From Chrysemys picta bellii (taxonomy: Eukaryota): DNA of 64,000 nt. Shown here piece by piece: positions 10,854 through 22,340 of this stretch. The notes below the pieces were generated by a model. It was given only the letters and a program-made list of their open reading frames with translations, had not been told where the DNA came from and searched no databases. A program made the translations under genes and the position numbers. The number at the start of each line of letters is the position of its first letter. Within the stretch, counting starts at the first letter, position 1. The stretch spans positions 23,002,001-23,066,000 of the forward strand of contig NC_088810.1 of the NCBI RefSeq assembly GCF_011386835.1, in the 5' to 3' direction.

Positions 10854-13209
10854 TTATGCACTGAGACCTGATCATTAACCAAACCAAATATTTTCTTGCC
10901 TGTCTAATTCCTCTAATTGTTGCAATGGCTTTAATCATGGTTAATCAATTACTTAATTCTCAGTCAAACATAGGATGACATGCACAATACTCCCTGCAGT
11001 TTCTGTCATCTGAAATCTTTACGGGCAAGATGCCTTCCTGGTATCATCCTATTAACTTGCTTGGTGTCAACACAGGTATAAATGTAGTTCCATTTTTATT
11101 CTTCTGCTTTCAATTACTTCACAGTATGAGGTTGACTCAGGGGTGTATCACTCGCACAATCTGCTGTCATGCATGGGATTACATGTAAGTTTGTTATATC
11201 CAAACTAGTACCTAATTACCAGCAAGGTGGAGTTTACCCTTGGAACTCCTTGGCGGATGGGAGAGTTTATTCGGCATGCTTAGAATCCCCACCCATAACT
11301 CTTCACTTAGTGTTTGAGACAATATGTTTTTGAAATCCATTGTTGCCTTTTCAGTCAGTTCAATGGTCTTCAAACCAGGCCTTCTGGGTGACACTACTCT
11401 CCTAGAAACAGAGCCAGATCATGCCCAATTCTTAAGTTAAATCCCTCCTAAGCTTTCAAAATAGAACTGAAGCAGGATCGAAGCGGTGCATATTATTTCT
11501 ATTGAACCCTGATTTTCAGCCTAATGCTAATAAACATTCAAGTCTGAAAGGACGTCCAGTCAAGTGATCAGTGATTTAAGGTTAGGGACTCACCTGGGAA
11601 TCAGAACAGGACACCTAAGGACGCCCTACTGCAGTGTTGTGTAAAGGTTTGGGATTAAAATCTTGACACTGGAAGACCACAGGAGGGTGGTTTTCTTCTG
11701 GGGCAATGCACCTGACCAAGAAAGCCCAGGAAAACTCACATGAGAGATGGAAATAAATCCCACTTGGTTATGGCGAGATAGTTGAGGAATGAGCTTCCAG
11801 CAGAAATTAGATTAATCCAGGCTATGATCTACGTTAGCAAAGGATACAAGGTCCTTCTCTTCTAGAAACTATCCCACCATTGCCCGTATTTTGTTCAACT
11901 GCTATCTACTCCTTCAGCAGCAATTTGTAGGACCAGGGCCGTAGGAAGAAGAAAAGCCTCTATGAAGCTTACCAGGTAAATAGAAGGGAGGTTAATGATT
12001 TTGCAACAAGGACCAAGACCAGTCACCTTTGAAATCTCCGGTTTCAGTGCTTCTCTCTTTAAATTGAAAGACATGAGACCTTTCAACTAGTGTCAGAACT
12101 TCTTGTTAAAGAAATGTATAGACATTCCTAAAGAACTGATGACGATAAGATACATCATGGCTAAGATGGAGTGCCTAGGAACTTATTACTTGAAATCGAG
12201 GACAAGATTATCAGGTGGTGTAAAGAGGAAGAAAGTCATTGTCCTGGATTCAAATTCCCATCACAGTAGGTTGTTTCACAACTGATTTTCCAAGCACAGG
12301 AGAATGAAACTATCTCTGGAGCAGCGGGCTAACTCAGAGATCTATGCTCCATTTGAATCCTCTTTAGCCCTACGTTGAATGTTTAAAAGAAATGTAAATG
12401 GTGCATAGTCTTTAGCTGGCCCATTCTTGAGGAGAGGATTGCCAACCACAGGGCCATATTTGAAGTCATCTCAATGCATTGGAAAGATGCCCTTGGATTT
12501 CACTGGGCACGGGATAAGGGCCCATATGAAATAGCTCTAGGTGAGCCTCCTAAGCATATGAAGAAAATCTCCCCACCTCCCTAATGAGATTCCAGGATAA
12601 ATTTTAAACTGATACAAGACTGGTTTTAAAGAACTGGCATGGAATCCTGGCAGGAAAGCAACGTCCATGTTTCCATGTGCATGTCATACCGTCTGGGAGT
12701 GAGAATTAACTAATAGCCTTAAAGAGGGATCACAACAATTGCCAGTAATGGGAGGAGTTTTCTGTGCAAAAAATTTTTATTTTGTAAGTGACATGGACTT
12801 CCTTGCATGCTGTACGAAAATAGAGCATAATCTGGATTACTCTCATTTCCTCTGGAAGCTCATACTGCAGTAACCCTCCCTCATTACTAAGTAGGTTTTT
12901 TTCCATCTCTCATGTGAGTCTTCCTGAGGAGTATTGTCTCAGAATTGTCTTTTCTGGTCACGGCTGGAGATGACATTCCAAGATTTTAATCCCAAGCCTT
13001 TATAGAACACTTCACCCTTTCCGTTCAACTACCTGCACTTTTTGCTGCAAATCTAGAGGAATCCTGCTATAGGCTGGCCTTCGATGTTCAGTTGTGATCC
13101 TCATGTGAGTGCCTAACCTAAATCCACTGATCATTTGACTGGACATCTCTTCAGACTGGAATGTCTAATAGCATTAGCCTGAAAATCAGGGGTGAACATA
13201 AATAATATG

Positions 13210-13403
13210 TCAAGTATCAGAGGGGTAGCCGTATTAATCTGGATCTGTGAAAAGCAACAAAGAATCCTGTGGCACCTTATAGACTAACAGACGTATTGGA
13301 ACATAAGATTTTTGCATGTATCTGATGAAGTGGGTATTAACCCACGAAAGCTTATGCTCCAATACATTTGTTAGTCTATAAGCTGCCACGGGACTCTCTG
13401 TTG
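13210..13403 (+). mobile_element. Penelope-like element fragment with inverted arms, 12-bp TSD
   Basis: TSD ATAAATAATATG at 13198-13209 and 13404-13415; empty site at about 24838-24850; inverted arms 13268-13308 and 13351-13391. Confidence 0.75.
13318..13357 (+). ncRNA. Minimal type I hammerhead ribozyme motif (Penelope-type)
   Basis: GTAT-CTGATGA-A-GTGGG(TATTAA)CCCAC-GAA-AGCT-T-ATGC: both catalytic boxes, 5-bp stem II, palindromic AGCT stem III, 4-bp stem I with one G-U pair. Confidence 0.7.
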
Positions 13404-14044
13404 ATAAATAATATGAACCACTTTGATCCTGCTTCACTTCTATTTTGAAAACTTAGGAGGGATTTAACTTAAGCCTAGGGCATGTACTGCCCTGTTTCCA
13501 GGAGAGTATTGTAACCCAGAAGGGCTGGCTTCAAAACTATTGAACAGATTAAAAATGCATCCAAGGATTTCAAAAATATATTGGCCCAAACACATAGTGA
13601 AGAATTACAGATGGGGATTTTAAGCATGCTGAATAAACTCTCCCATCCACCAAGGAGTTCCAGGGTAAACACCTTGCCACTAATTATTTTCTAGTCTGGA
13701 TATTATGGACTAACATGGAATCCTGTGCATGACAGCAGATTGTGCTTCTGATACATCCCTGAGTCACCGTCATACTGTGAAATAATTCAAAGCAGAATAA
13801 AGAAATGGAACTAGATTTATTCCTGTGTTGACACCAAGGAAGTTAGGAGGATGACACCAGGAAACTATCGTGCTAAAAAAGATTTAAGATGACAGGAACT
13901 ACAAGGTGTAATATGCATGTCATCCTATTTGGGACTGAGAATTGAGTAATTGATTAACCATGATCAAAGCCATTACAACAATTAGAGGACTTAGCCAGGC
14001 AAAAAAACATTTGGGTTGCTTAATGATCAGGTCTCAGTGCATAA

Positions 14045-14087
14045 GGGTGTTTCCTCTGCTTCCCATTGGCTAAGAAAGCATATAAAA
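14045..14087 (+). promoter_or_regulatory. A3 core promoter
   Basis: GGGTG 14045, ATTGG 14065, TATAAAA 14081-14087; donor at 14149. Confidence 0.85.
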
Positions 14088-14814
14088 GTGCTTGGAACTG
14101 CAGGTGGTTCTATTCACTTCTCTTGACTTCATCCCCTTGGTGCACTGGGTAAGTCTATTTAACTCCCTTTGTTTTAGTGATAGTTTTAAATATGAACGGA
14201 ATCCTTCACCAATACTCTGTGACTTTACAGATGTTGTAGAAGGGAGCATCTTGCTTTCCGTAGGAGACTTTCTGTAGCTCATCAATTGCTGAGCATTGTG
14301 GATGCAGTCTTAGAAATATCAGGTTGGGGATTGGGATTGGGACCCCCCCATTCCAAATAATTACTGTTGGGGGTTCTCCTCTCTGCATATAGAAGATGCA
14401 GTACCATGGGGCAGCATTCTCAATAGTAGCATTTCGGAGATCCTGGAGTTCACGTGCTCAATTCTATCATTAATCTCAACCAGGAGGGCCTCATTCCTTC
14501 TCCCAGGGCACCCAGTGACTCTCTAAGCAATGGTGGTCAAGTCACTTCAACTGAGCCTCTAACCTGCCACAGGGATAATAACCACTCATTTCATAGGCGT
14601 TCTCCACAGCTTAACAGTTGCCTTGAGCAGTGAAATGCTGGCTTACTCTGAATGGGGCAGGAAAGCTTTTTGCAGATTTAAGAAGATGATTTAGGGTTGT
14701 ATTAGAGTGGCCTCAAAAAACAGAGATCTCTGAATGTCTTGTAACACTCAGAATTGTGTGTAATGTTTACTCTGCTCCCCACTGTGTGTTTCAGATATAC
14801 CACAATCACAAAAG

Positions 14815-15213
14815 ATGTCTTCCAGCAAAGCTCTGTGTTACCCACGCCCGCCATGTTATCCCGACATCTGCCCAGACCCATACGTTGATGCCTGCAATGA
14901 GCCTTGTGTCACATCATGCGGTGACTCGAGTGCTGTGGTCTATGCCCCACCGGTTGTCGTGAGATTCCCGGGACCAATTCTCGCTACCTGTCCTCAAGAC
15001 AGCGTTGTGGGAAGCACCTTACCAAATTTACCCTATGGATATGGGGGCCCATATGGAGGTGGTAGTTTCAGTGGCTCAGTCGGTTATGGGGGTGCTTATG
15101 GAGGTGGATATGGTGCAGGGTATGGTGGTGGATACGGGGGCTTATATGGGTATGGGAAGGGATATGGTCGGAAGTGCTATTCTTCCCGCTTTGGAAGCTG
15201 TGGCCCATGCTAA
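14815..15213 (+). CDS. Corneous beta-protein type A, 132 aa (gene A3)
   Basis: Core box and Gly-Tyr tail; intron 14149-14794; AATAAATAAA at 15897-15906. Confidence 0.95.
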   Translation: MSSSKALCYPRPPCYPDICPDPYVDACNEPCVTSCGDSSAVVYAPPVVVRFPGPILATCPQDSVVGSTLPNLPYGYGGPYGGGSFSGSVGYGGAYGGGYGAGYGGGYGGLYGYGKGYGRKCYSSRFGSCGPC

Positions 15214-15896
15214 ACCCAGAAGAAAGATCCACGGAACGAGAAACAACCAGCAAATGAGATAGAAGATAAAGATTCCCCACTCACCTAATGGACGATGAGC
15301 GTGTATATCTCCATATGACATCCTTGGGGGCTGTGTACTAATCAGGCCTATCTATATTGTCCCCTTGTTATATGTTACCTTAACTTTATGGTCTAATGGT
15401 TTTGCAACTCCTCTTGTGCTTTATCCTATTTGATGGTGAAAGGTCTACAACAAGAACTGAATTGGATGAAAAATGGGACATAATTTCCCAATGTATACCT
15501 GAAAGAAAAACAGCAGAACATCTTGTGTGAAATGCGTCACTTTTTAGATAGTGATTGCTTGTAGCGCCTATTGTAGCCCCGAAAATACATTCTCTGTGCT
15601 CTGCATTAATTCATTCTGCAATGTAAAGTGCACTGCTCATTCCCATTAAAAATTATGTGGCATTACATTACTGACTTTCTGGTTTTCCTTTCTCCTCCAT
15701 TCTTTCTTTCCAAAGCACTCTGGGTGAAATTCTCCTCTGTGTCGATGGTCAGTACCAGCCCTATGCACTGCATCCATCACACTCAAGCCCATAAGTGAGA
15801 AGAGAACTAGGTATATTAATTGCCCAATAGCACTGTGTAGGTCCTCTGCACAGGAGGGTGTTACCCCCTTGTTACACTTGTCTCTGATAGACTGGG

Positions 15897-15906
15897 AATA
15901 AATAAA
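15897..15906 (+). terminator. Overlapping double poly(A) signal AATAAATAAA (A3)
   Basis: About 690 nt after the stop, at the end of the conserved 3' UTR block; same position in paralogs. Confidence 0.65.
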
Positions 15907-16004
15907 TGACTTTCAAAAAGAATATATTTCCCTGCTCTAAATATTCTATCGAATCACAGAATTCTGTCAGTATAAGGGTGGAGGACACCTTCAGAAGTCA
16001 TGTA

Positions 16005-16553
16005 AAGGGCAACAAAAATGATTAGCAGTATGGAAAAGCTTCCGTATGAGCGAGATGAATAAGACTGGAACTTTTCAGCTTGGAAAAGAGATGGCTAAGG
16101 GGAGATGTAATTGAGGTCTATAAAATCGTGACTGGTGCGGAGAAAGTAGATAAGGAAGTGTTGTTTACTGCTTCTCATAACACAAGAACTCGAGGTCACC
16201 TAATGAAATTAATAGGCAGCAGGTTTAAAACAAATAAAAGGAAGTATTTCTTGACACAACGCACAGTCAACCCCTAGAACTCGTTGCCAGAGGCTGTTGT
16301 GAAGGCAAAGACCATAACAGGGTTTAAAAAAGAACTAGATAAATTCATGGCGGATAGGTCCATTAATGGCTATTAGTCAGGATGAGCAGGGATGTTGTCC
16401 CTAGCCTCTGTTTGCCAGAAGCTGGGAATGGGCAACAGGGGATGGATCACATGATGATTCCCAGTTCTGTTCATTCCCTCTGGGGCACCTGCCATTGGCC
16501 ACTGTCGGAAGACAGGACCTTTGTCTGACCAGCAGGGCCATTCTTTTGTTCTT
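16005..16553 (+). mobile_element. 5'-truncated CR1 inserted into an older antisense CR1 tail
   Basis: [15 protein letters not shown]...RTRGHLMKL peptide, TTCTTTTG-TTCTTATG tail, ATGTA TSD (16000-16004, 16554-16558). Confidence 0.85.
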
Positions 16554-17022
16554 ATGTAGACCATCTCTCTACACTGAGACAGGACCAACCACACCTAAAT
16601 GATCCCTGATGTGTTTGTATAACTTGTTCTTAAAACCTCCAGTGACGGGGATTCCATTACTTCCCTTCAAAGCCTAAAATCACAGCTTAGCTATTATGAT
16701 AGTTAGAAAGCTTATGCTTATATGTAACCTAAATGTCCCTTGTTGCAGATTAAGTCAATTACTTCTTGTCCCACCTTTAGTGTACATAGAGAGTAGATGG
16801 TTACCATCCTCTCTATAAGAGCCCTGAACACACATGAAGACTATTGTCACATCTCTCCCTCTGTTTTTGATTTCCTAAGTTTAAACATGCCCAGTTTTTT
16901 GTAACCTTTCTTTATAACTAGTGAACAACAAGCTAGTGAAGAACACGCAAAGCTATTGACGAACAAACAAAAGGGTAAATTCTCATGTTAAACTGCTGTA
17001 ATTCTGGAGTTACTCTGTAGAG

Positions 17023-17356
17023 CAGTGGTTCTCAAAACTAGGCCCGCTGCTTGTTCAGGGAAAAACCCCTGGTGGGCCAGGCCGGTGTGTTTACCTGCCG
17101 CATCCGCAGTTTCAGCCAATCGCGGCTCCCACTGGCCGTGGTTCGCCGCTCCAGGCCAATGGGAGCTGCATGAAGTGGTGCAGGCCGAGGGACGTGCTGA
17201 CCGCCCTTCCTGCAGCCCCCATTGGCCTGGAGCTGCGAACTACGGCCAGTGGGAGCCGTGATCGGCTGAACCTGCGGAGGCTGCAGGAAAGCAAAGCGGC
17301 CCGGCCCACCAGGGGCTTACCCTGAACAGGCGGCAGCCCTAGTTTGAGAACCACGG
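17023..17356. mobile_element. hAT-type palindromic MITE
   Basis: TIR CAGTGGTTCTCAAA; left target CTGTAGAG (17015-17022), right copy degenerate (CTGTTGCG); the arms are inverted repeats. Confidence 0.85.
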
Positions 17357-18061
17357 CTGTTGCGGACAAAGGAGATATGCTGGGTTTTTACAAGTGCAAA
17401 GGAGAATAGAATCCAGCCCTGTGTCTTGTACCAGCAGCAGGTCAAAGCCAAGCCTTTAATCTCGCCAAGCTATCTAGTTAAAGCATGATTTTCTGAAGGA
17501 TCAGGCGTTATTGGGACACTCAGTTTTGGGCTGCCAGAGAAACATTCATGGAGTTCCCTTTTCAGAGGGTGAGTGCTGAACAATATCAGAAAGGCCCTGT
17601 CAAGGTAACTCTAGTTGAGCACCCAAGACGTGAGGCATTACATCTTACTGGAGATTTCTGAAAATCTTGGCCTTGGTTCTAGTCATAGATTCTCTGACTC
17701 ATCTTGGTCAGATCGATTCCCTCTCTTCAGTCTCCTCATTTGCAACACTGACTCAGTATTTCCCCCCGTGACTCTCCAATACTGTCCCACATCAGGGTGT
17801 TGGCCAACGAGGTTGGATTCCTTTACCCTGGATGGTATAGGATTCTTGACCCTCCCAATTAATTACAGCCAGCTTGGCCCTGGGTTATGGCTCGAGTCTC
17901 TCCTCTGGCTCTGAGGAGACTTCTGTTTGGCTGGGATGTACCTTAACACCTCTTTGGCCCCTTTGGTTCAGCTTGGAAAGGAGCAAAGGGCAATTCAGTC
18001 TTTCCTCCTGCTGCAGAAAAAGTTGGAATGTGTGGAAACCCAAACACATTTTGACATGAAA

Positions 18062-19260
18062 TTGTAGGAGTAGGCTGATAAAGTTTGCAGATGACACAAA
18101 GTTGGGAGGTATTGCCAATTCGGAGGAGGACCTGGATATTCTGCAGGGAGGCTTGAATGACTATGTAAATTGGAGTAACAGAAATAGGGTTTAATTTAAT
18201 AGTGAAAAGTGTAAGGTGATGCATTTAGGGATGACTAACAAGAATTTTAGTTACAAGCTGGGGACGCATCGGTTGGAAGTAACGGAGGAAGAGAAAGACC
18301 TCGGAGTCCTGGTAGACCGCAGGATGACTATGAGTCGAAAATGTGACTTGGCAGTGAAAAAAGCCAATGCGGTCTTGGGATGCATTAGGCGAGGTATATC
18401 TAGTAGGGATAAGGAGGTGCTGCTTCCGTTGTACAAGGTGAGACCTCATTTGGAGTACTGTGTGCAGTTCTGGTCTCCCATGTTTAAAAAAGATGAACTC
18501 AAACTGGAACGGGTACAGAGAAGGGCCACTAGGATGATCAGAGGAATGGAAAACCTGTCGTATGAAAGGAGACTCGAGGAGCTCGGTTTGTTTAGCCTAA
18601 CCAAACGAAGGCTGAGGGGGGATATGATTGCTCTCTTCAAATATATCAGAGGAATAAACACCAGGGAGGGAGAGGAATTATTTCAGCTCAGTACTAATGT
18701 GGACACGAGAACGAATGGATATAAACTGGCCGTGGGGAAGTTTAGGCTTGAAATTAGACAAAGGTTTCTGACCGTCAGAGGGGTGAAATATTGGAACAGC
18801 CTTCCGAGGGAAACGGTGGGGGTGAAGGACCTGTCTGGCTTTAAGATTAAGCTAGATAAGTTTATGGAGGGAATGGTTTAAGGGGATAACATGATTTTAG
18901 TCAAATAAACAGTGTGCCATCGCTGGTAAATAGTATCAGTGGCCAATGAGGGTCTGGCTGGAGAATCTTGCCTACATGCTCGGGGTTCTACTGATCACCA
19001 TATTTGGGGTCGGGAAGGAATTTTCCTCCAGGGTAGATTGGCAGAGGCCCTGGAGGTTTTTCTCCTTCCTCCGCAGCATGGGGCAGGGGTCGCCAGCTGG
19101 AGAATTCTCTGCTACTTGAAGTCTTTAAACCACAGGATTTGGGGACTTCAACAGCAGAGTCAAGGGAAAGGGGTTGGGACGGCTATTGTGGCCTGCATCA
19201 TGCGGGAGGTCAGACTAGATGATCATAATGGTCCCTTCTGACCTTAAAGTCTATGAGTCT
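18062..19260 (+). mobile_element. Young 5'-truncated CR1 (RT FADD motif to 3' end)
   Basis: FADD at 18084-18095, in frame with ORF 18216-18881 apart from one TAA. AGTCTATG tandem tail, ATGAAA TSD (18056-18061, 19261-19266); empty sites at about 7712 and 29520. Confidence 0.9.
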
Positions 19261-19684
19261 ATGAAACGTTGGCTTGGTGCACCCGTGCACTGGTGCGCCT
19301 GATTTAGGGCAAGCAGTTGGCAAGATTTAGCCGGAGATTGGGATACACGTGCTGAATTTCCATTGTTGTAATCATTGTATCACTATTTTGTTTTGTACAT
19401 TTTCTAATAATTTTGCTGCATATGTAGTTTTTGAAGGGGCTCACACATATTCAGTATTTGAGGTGGAATGATGGGAGGGACATATGTCTCCCAGCTCTCT
19501 GGAACTGAGATCTGGGTGGGACTGAAAGATTCACCACAGAAAATATCCCTGTTTCTTGGTCCTTCTCCCGTATAGCTCCGAATCCTTCCGGTTACAGCTT
19601 CAGACATGAACAGAAAGGCTGCCTATCTCTTTATTAGCAATTTACGGTTGAGATGAAATTTCTAAAATGTGGGTGTCTAACTGG

Positions 19685-20570
19685 TAGAAAGTCTGGACTC
19701 AAAGACTAGTTATCAATGCTTTTTCTTTCTACGTGGGAGGCCATATGTAGCAGGGATATGTAGGAGGTTGTCCTGTTCCTGTACTATGCGATATTTTCAT
19801 TAATGACTTGGGTAACGGTGTGGAGAGTAGACTTAGACAGTTAGTGAATGACACCACTTTGAGAGGGGTTGCAAGCACTTTGGAGGGCAGGATTTGAATT
19901 CTAAATCGCCTTGATAAATCGCAGAAAGGGTCTGAAATCAACAAACTGAAATTCAGTAAAGACAAGTGCCAAGTCCCATACGTAGGAAGCAAATTGTCCA
20001 GCTCTAACTGGCGGGGATGGGGCTTCGGATGCAGCATTTTGTCTTGTTTTGGGCAACAGACATTAGCAGGAAAGATCTGGACCGATTGGGGCGAGTCCAG
20101 AGGAGAGCTACAAAAATGGTAAAAGCTTTAGATTACCTGAACTAAGAGGAAAGGTTAAGGAAAAGTGGGCATATTTAGAAATGAGAAGTGAAAATTGTGG
20201 CGGGGGGTATCTGATAGCTGTCTTCATGTATGTTCCGGCCTCTTAGAGACAGGATGGTGTTCAATTGTTGCCCGTGTTCACTAGAGGAAGCAGAAGGAGG
20301 AACTATTTTAATCTTCAGCAAGGGAGCTTTAGGTTATATATAAGCATCACGTTTCTAACTTTGATGATAGTTAAGCATTGCTTTTAGATTGTCAAGGGAA
20401 CTTGCGGAATCCCTATCCCTGGAGAATATAAAGTACAGGATAGCCAAACACCTGTCTGGGATGATCTAGGTGTACTTGGTTCTGCCTCAGCTCACTGGAC
20501 TGGACTAGATGTGTACTCTTGAGGTTCCTTCCACTGCTATATTACAAAGACTGTACAATTCTGTATAACA
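19685..20570 (+). mobile_element. Old CR1 fragment abutting the A4 3' end
   Basis: Paralog of 8135-9010. Confidence 0.7.
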
Positions 20571-21248
20571 TTTAGAGCAGGAAACACGGTATTTCCTCCA
20601 TGTAGAGTGCCTGCATAATTCTATTAACCAATTAATGTATCTGATTCTCTTCTTATTTACAGATTTGAGTGGGATTGATTAGTTCATAAGGTTGGTATTG
20701 ACCATCTACACAGGGGAGAATTTCACCCAGAGTGCTTTGGAAAGAAAGAATGGAGGGGAAGGGAAAACCAGAAGGCCAATATTAAGATGCAGCATATTTA
20801 TTAATGGGAATGAGTGTCGGAGATTACACTTACAGAATAAATTAATGCAAAGCACAGACACTGTATTCTCAGGGTTACAATAGGAGCTACAAGCAATCAC
20901 TATCTCCAAAGTGACGCATTTGACACACGATGTTCTGTTCTCTTTCTCACAGCTGTAGATTTGAAAACCGTGTCCCATTTTTCATGAAATGAAGTTACTT
21001 GTTGTAGAACTTTCAGCCTCAAAGAGAACAAAGCACAATATGAGCATAAGAGTAAGCTACAAATTATTACACCATACAGTTAACGTAACACGTAACAAGG
21101 GAAGACATTGATAGGCCTGATTTACACACAGCCCCCACTGGTTTCATGTGGAGTTGTAGGTTCTCATTTTCCATTAGCTAAGAGGGGAATCTCCATCGTC
21201 TCTTTCACTTCCTGGTTGTTTCTTGTTCCGTGGATCTTTCTGCTGGAT

Positions 21249-21647
21249 TTAGCATGGCCCACAGCTTCCAAAGCGGGAAGAATAGCACTTCCTACCATAT
21301 CCTTTCCCATACCCATATAAGCCACCGTATCCACCACCATACCCAGCACCGTATCCACCTCCATAAGCACCCCCAGAACTGACTGAGCCACCGAAACTAC
21401 CACCCCCATATGGGCTCCCATATCCATAGGGTAAATTTGGTAAGGTGCTTCCCACAACGCTGTCTTGAGGGCAGGTAGCGAGAATAGGTCCGGGGAATCT
21501 CACGACAACCGGTGGGGCATAGACCACTGCGCTCGAGTCACCGCATGATGTGACACAAGGCTCGTTCCAGGCATCAACATATGGGTTTGGGCAGATGTCG
21601 GGATAACATGGTGGACGTGGGTAACACAAATCTTTGCTGGAAGACAT
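21249..21647 (-). CDS. Corneous beta-protein type A, 132 aa (gene A4)
   Basis: Paralog of A2, start at 21647; intron 21668-22236; Trp instead of Cys at residue 27. Confidence 0.95.
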   Translation of the reverse strand: MSSSKDLCYPRPPCYPDICPNPYVDAWNEPCVTSCGDSSAVVYAPPVVVRFPGPILATCPQDSVVGSTLPNLPYGYGSPYGGGSFGGSVSSGGAYGGGYGAGYGGGYGGLYGYGKGYGRKCYSSRFGSCGPC

Positions 21648-22297
21648 CTTTTGTGATTGTGATAGACCTGAAACACGCAGTAGAGACAGGGTAAAGAAAA
21701 CACGCAGTTCACAATGGCATAGCAGATTCACAGCTGGTTTAATATGGTAATAGATGATTAGAAGGTCTATTTATAAAAAGATCCATATCTGATCCCATTT
21801 TTTCCCTTTAACCCTGTTCACCATTCACCCTAAGTCTTCTGCCTAACCAACCCCCGTGATGCCTTCGGACAGTCTGTCTTCCTCCTTCCCCTGGCAAGCA
21901 ACTTTCCTATATCTTTGGGTCCCATCCACGAACTTTTCTACATCTACTAAGCCATTATTGGCCACTTTTCCTTGAGGATTTCCCTGTCCAATCCCCATTT
22001 ACTGCGAATGAAAGGATCCCAATCCCATATGAAGATTTGAAAATCGCAACATACTATTTATAAGACTGCAGCCACCAATGTCTTCAATTGACAAGCTACA
22101 GAAAGTCTCCTATCGAAAGCAAGATGCCCTCTGCTCCAACAGATCAAAAATCACGTAGTGTTGGTGCAGGATTCACTCCATAGTTAAAACTATCACTAAA
22201 GCAACAATTGGAGCCAATTGAGTTAAATAGACTTACCCTGGTCACGAAGGCGATGAAGTCAGGAGAAGTGGATAGAACCACCTGCAGTTCCCTGCAC

Positions 22298-22340
22298 TTT
22301 TATACGCATTCTTAGCCAATGGGAAGCATAGAAAACACCC
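22298..22340 (-). promoter_or_regulatory. A4 core promoter
   Basis: TTTTATA 22298-22304 with CCAAT and CACCC at conserved spacing; donor at 22236. Confidence 0.85.

Noticed and set aside
18216-18881. 221-aa reverse-transcriptase-like ORF as a host gene
   Set aside because: C-terminal part of a 5'-truncated CR1 ORF2 with an upstream in-frame stop and a TSD.
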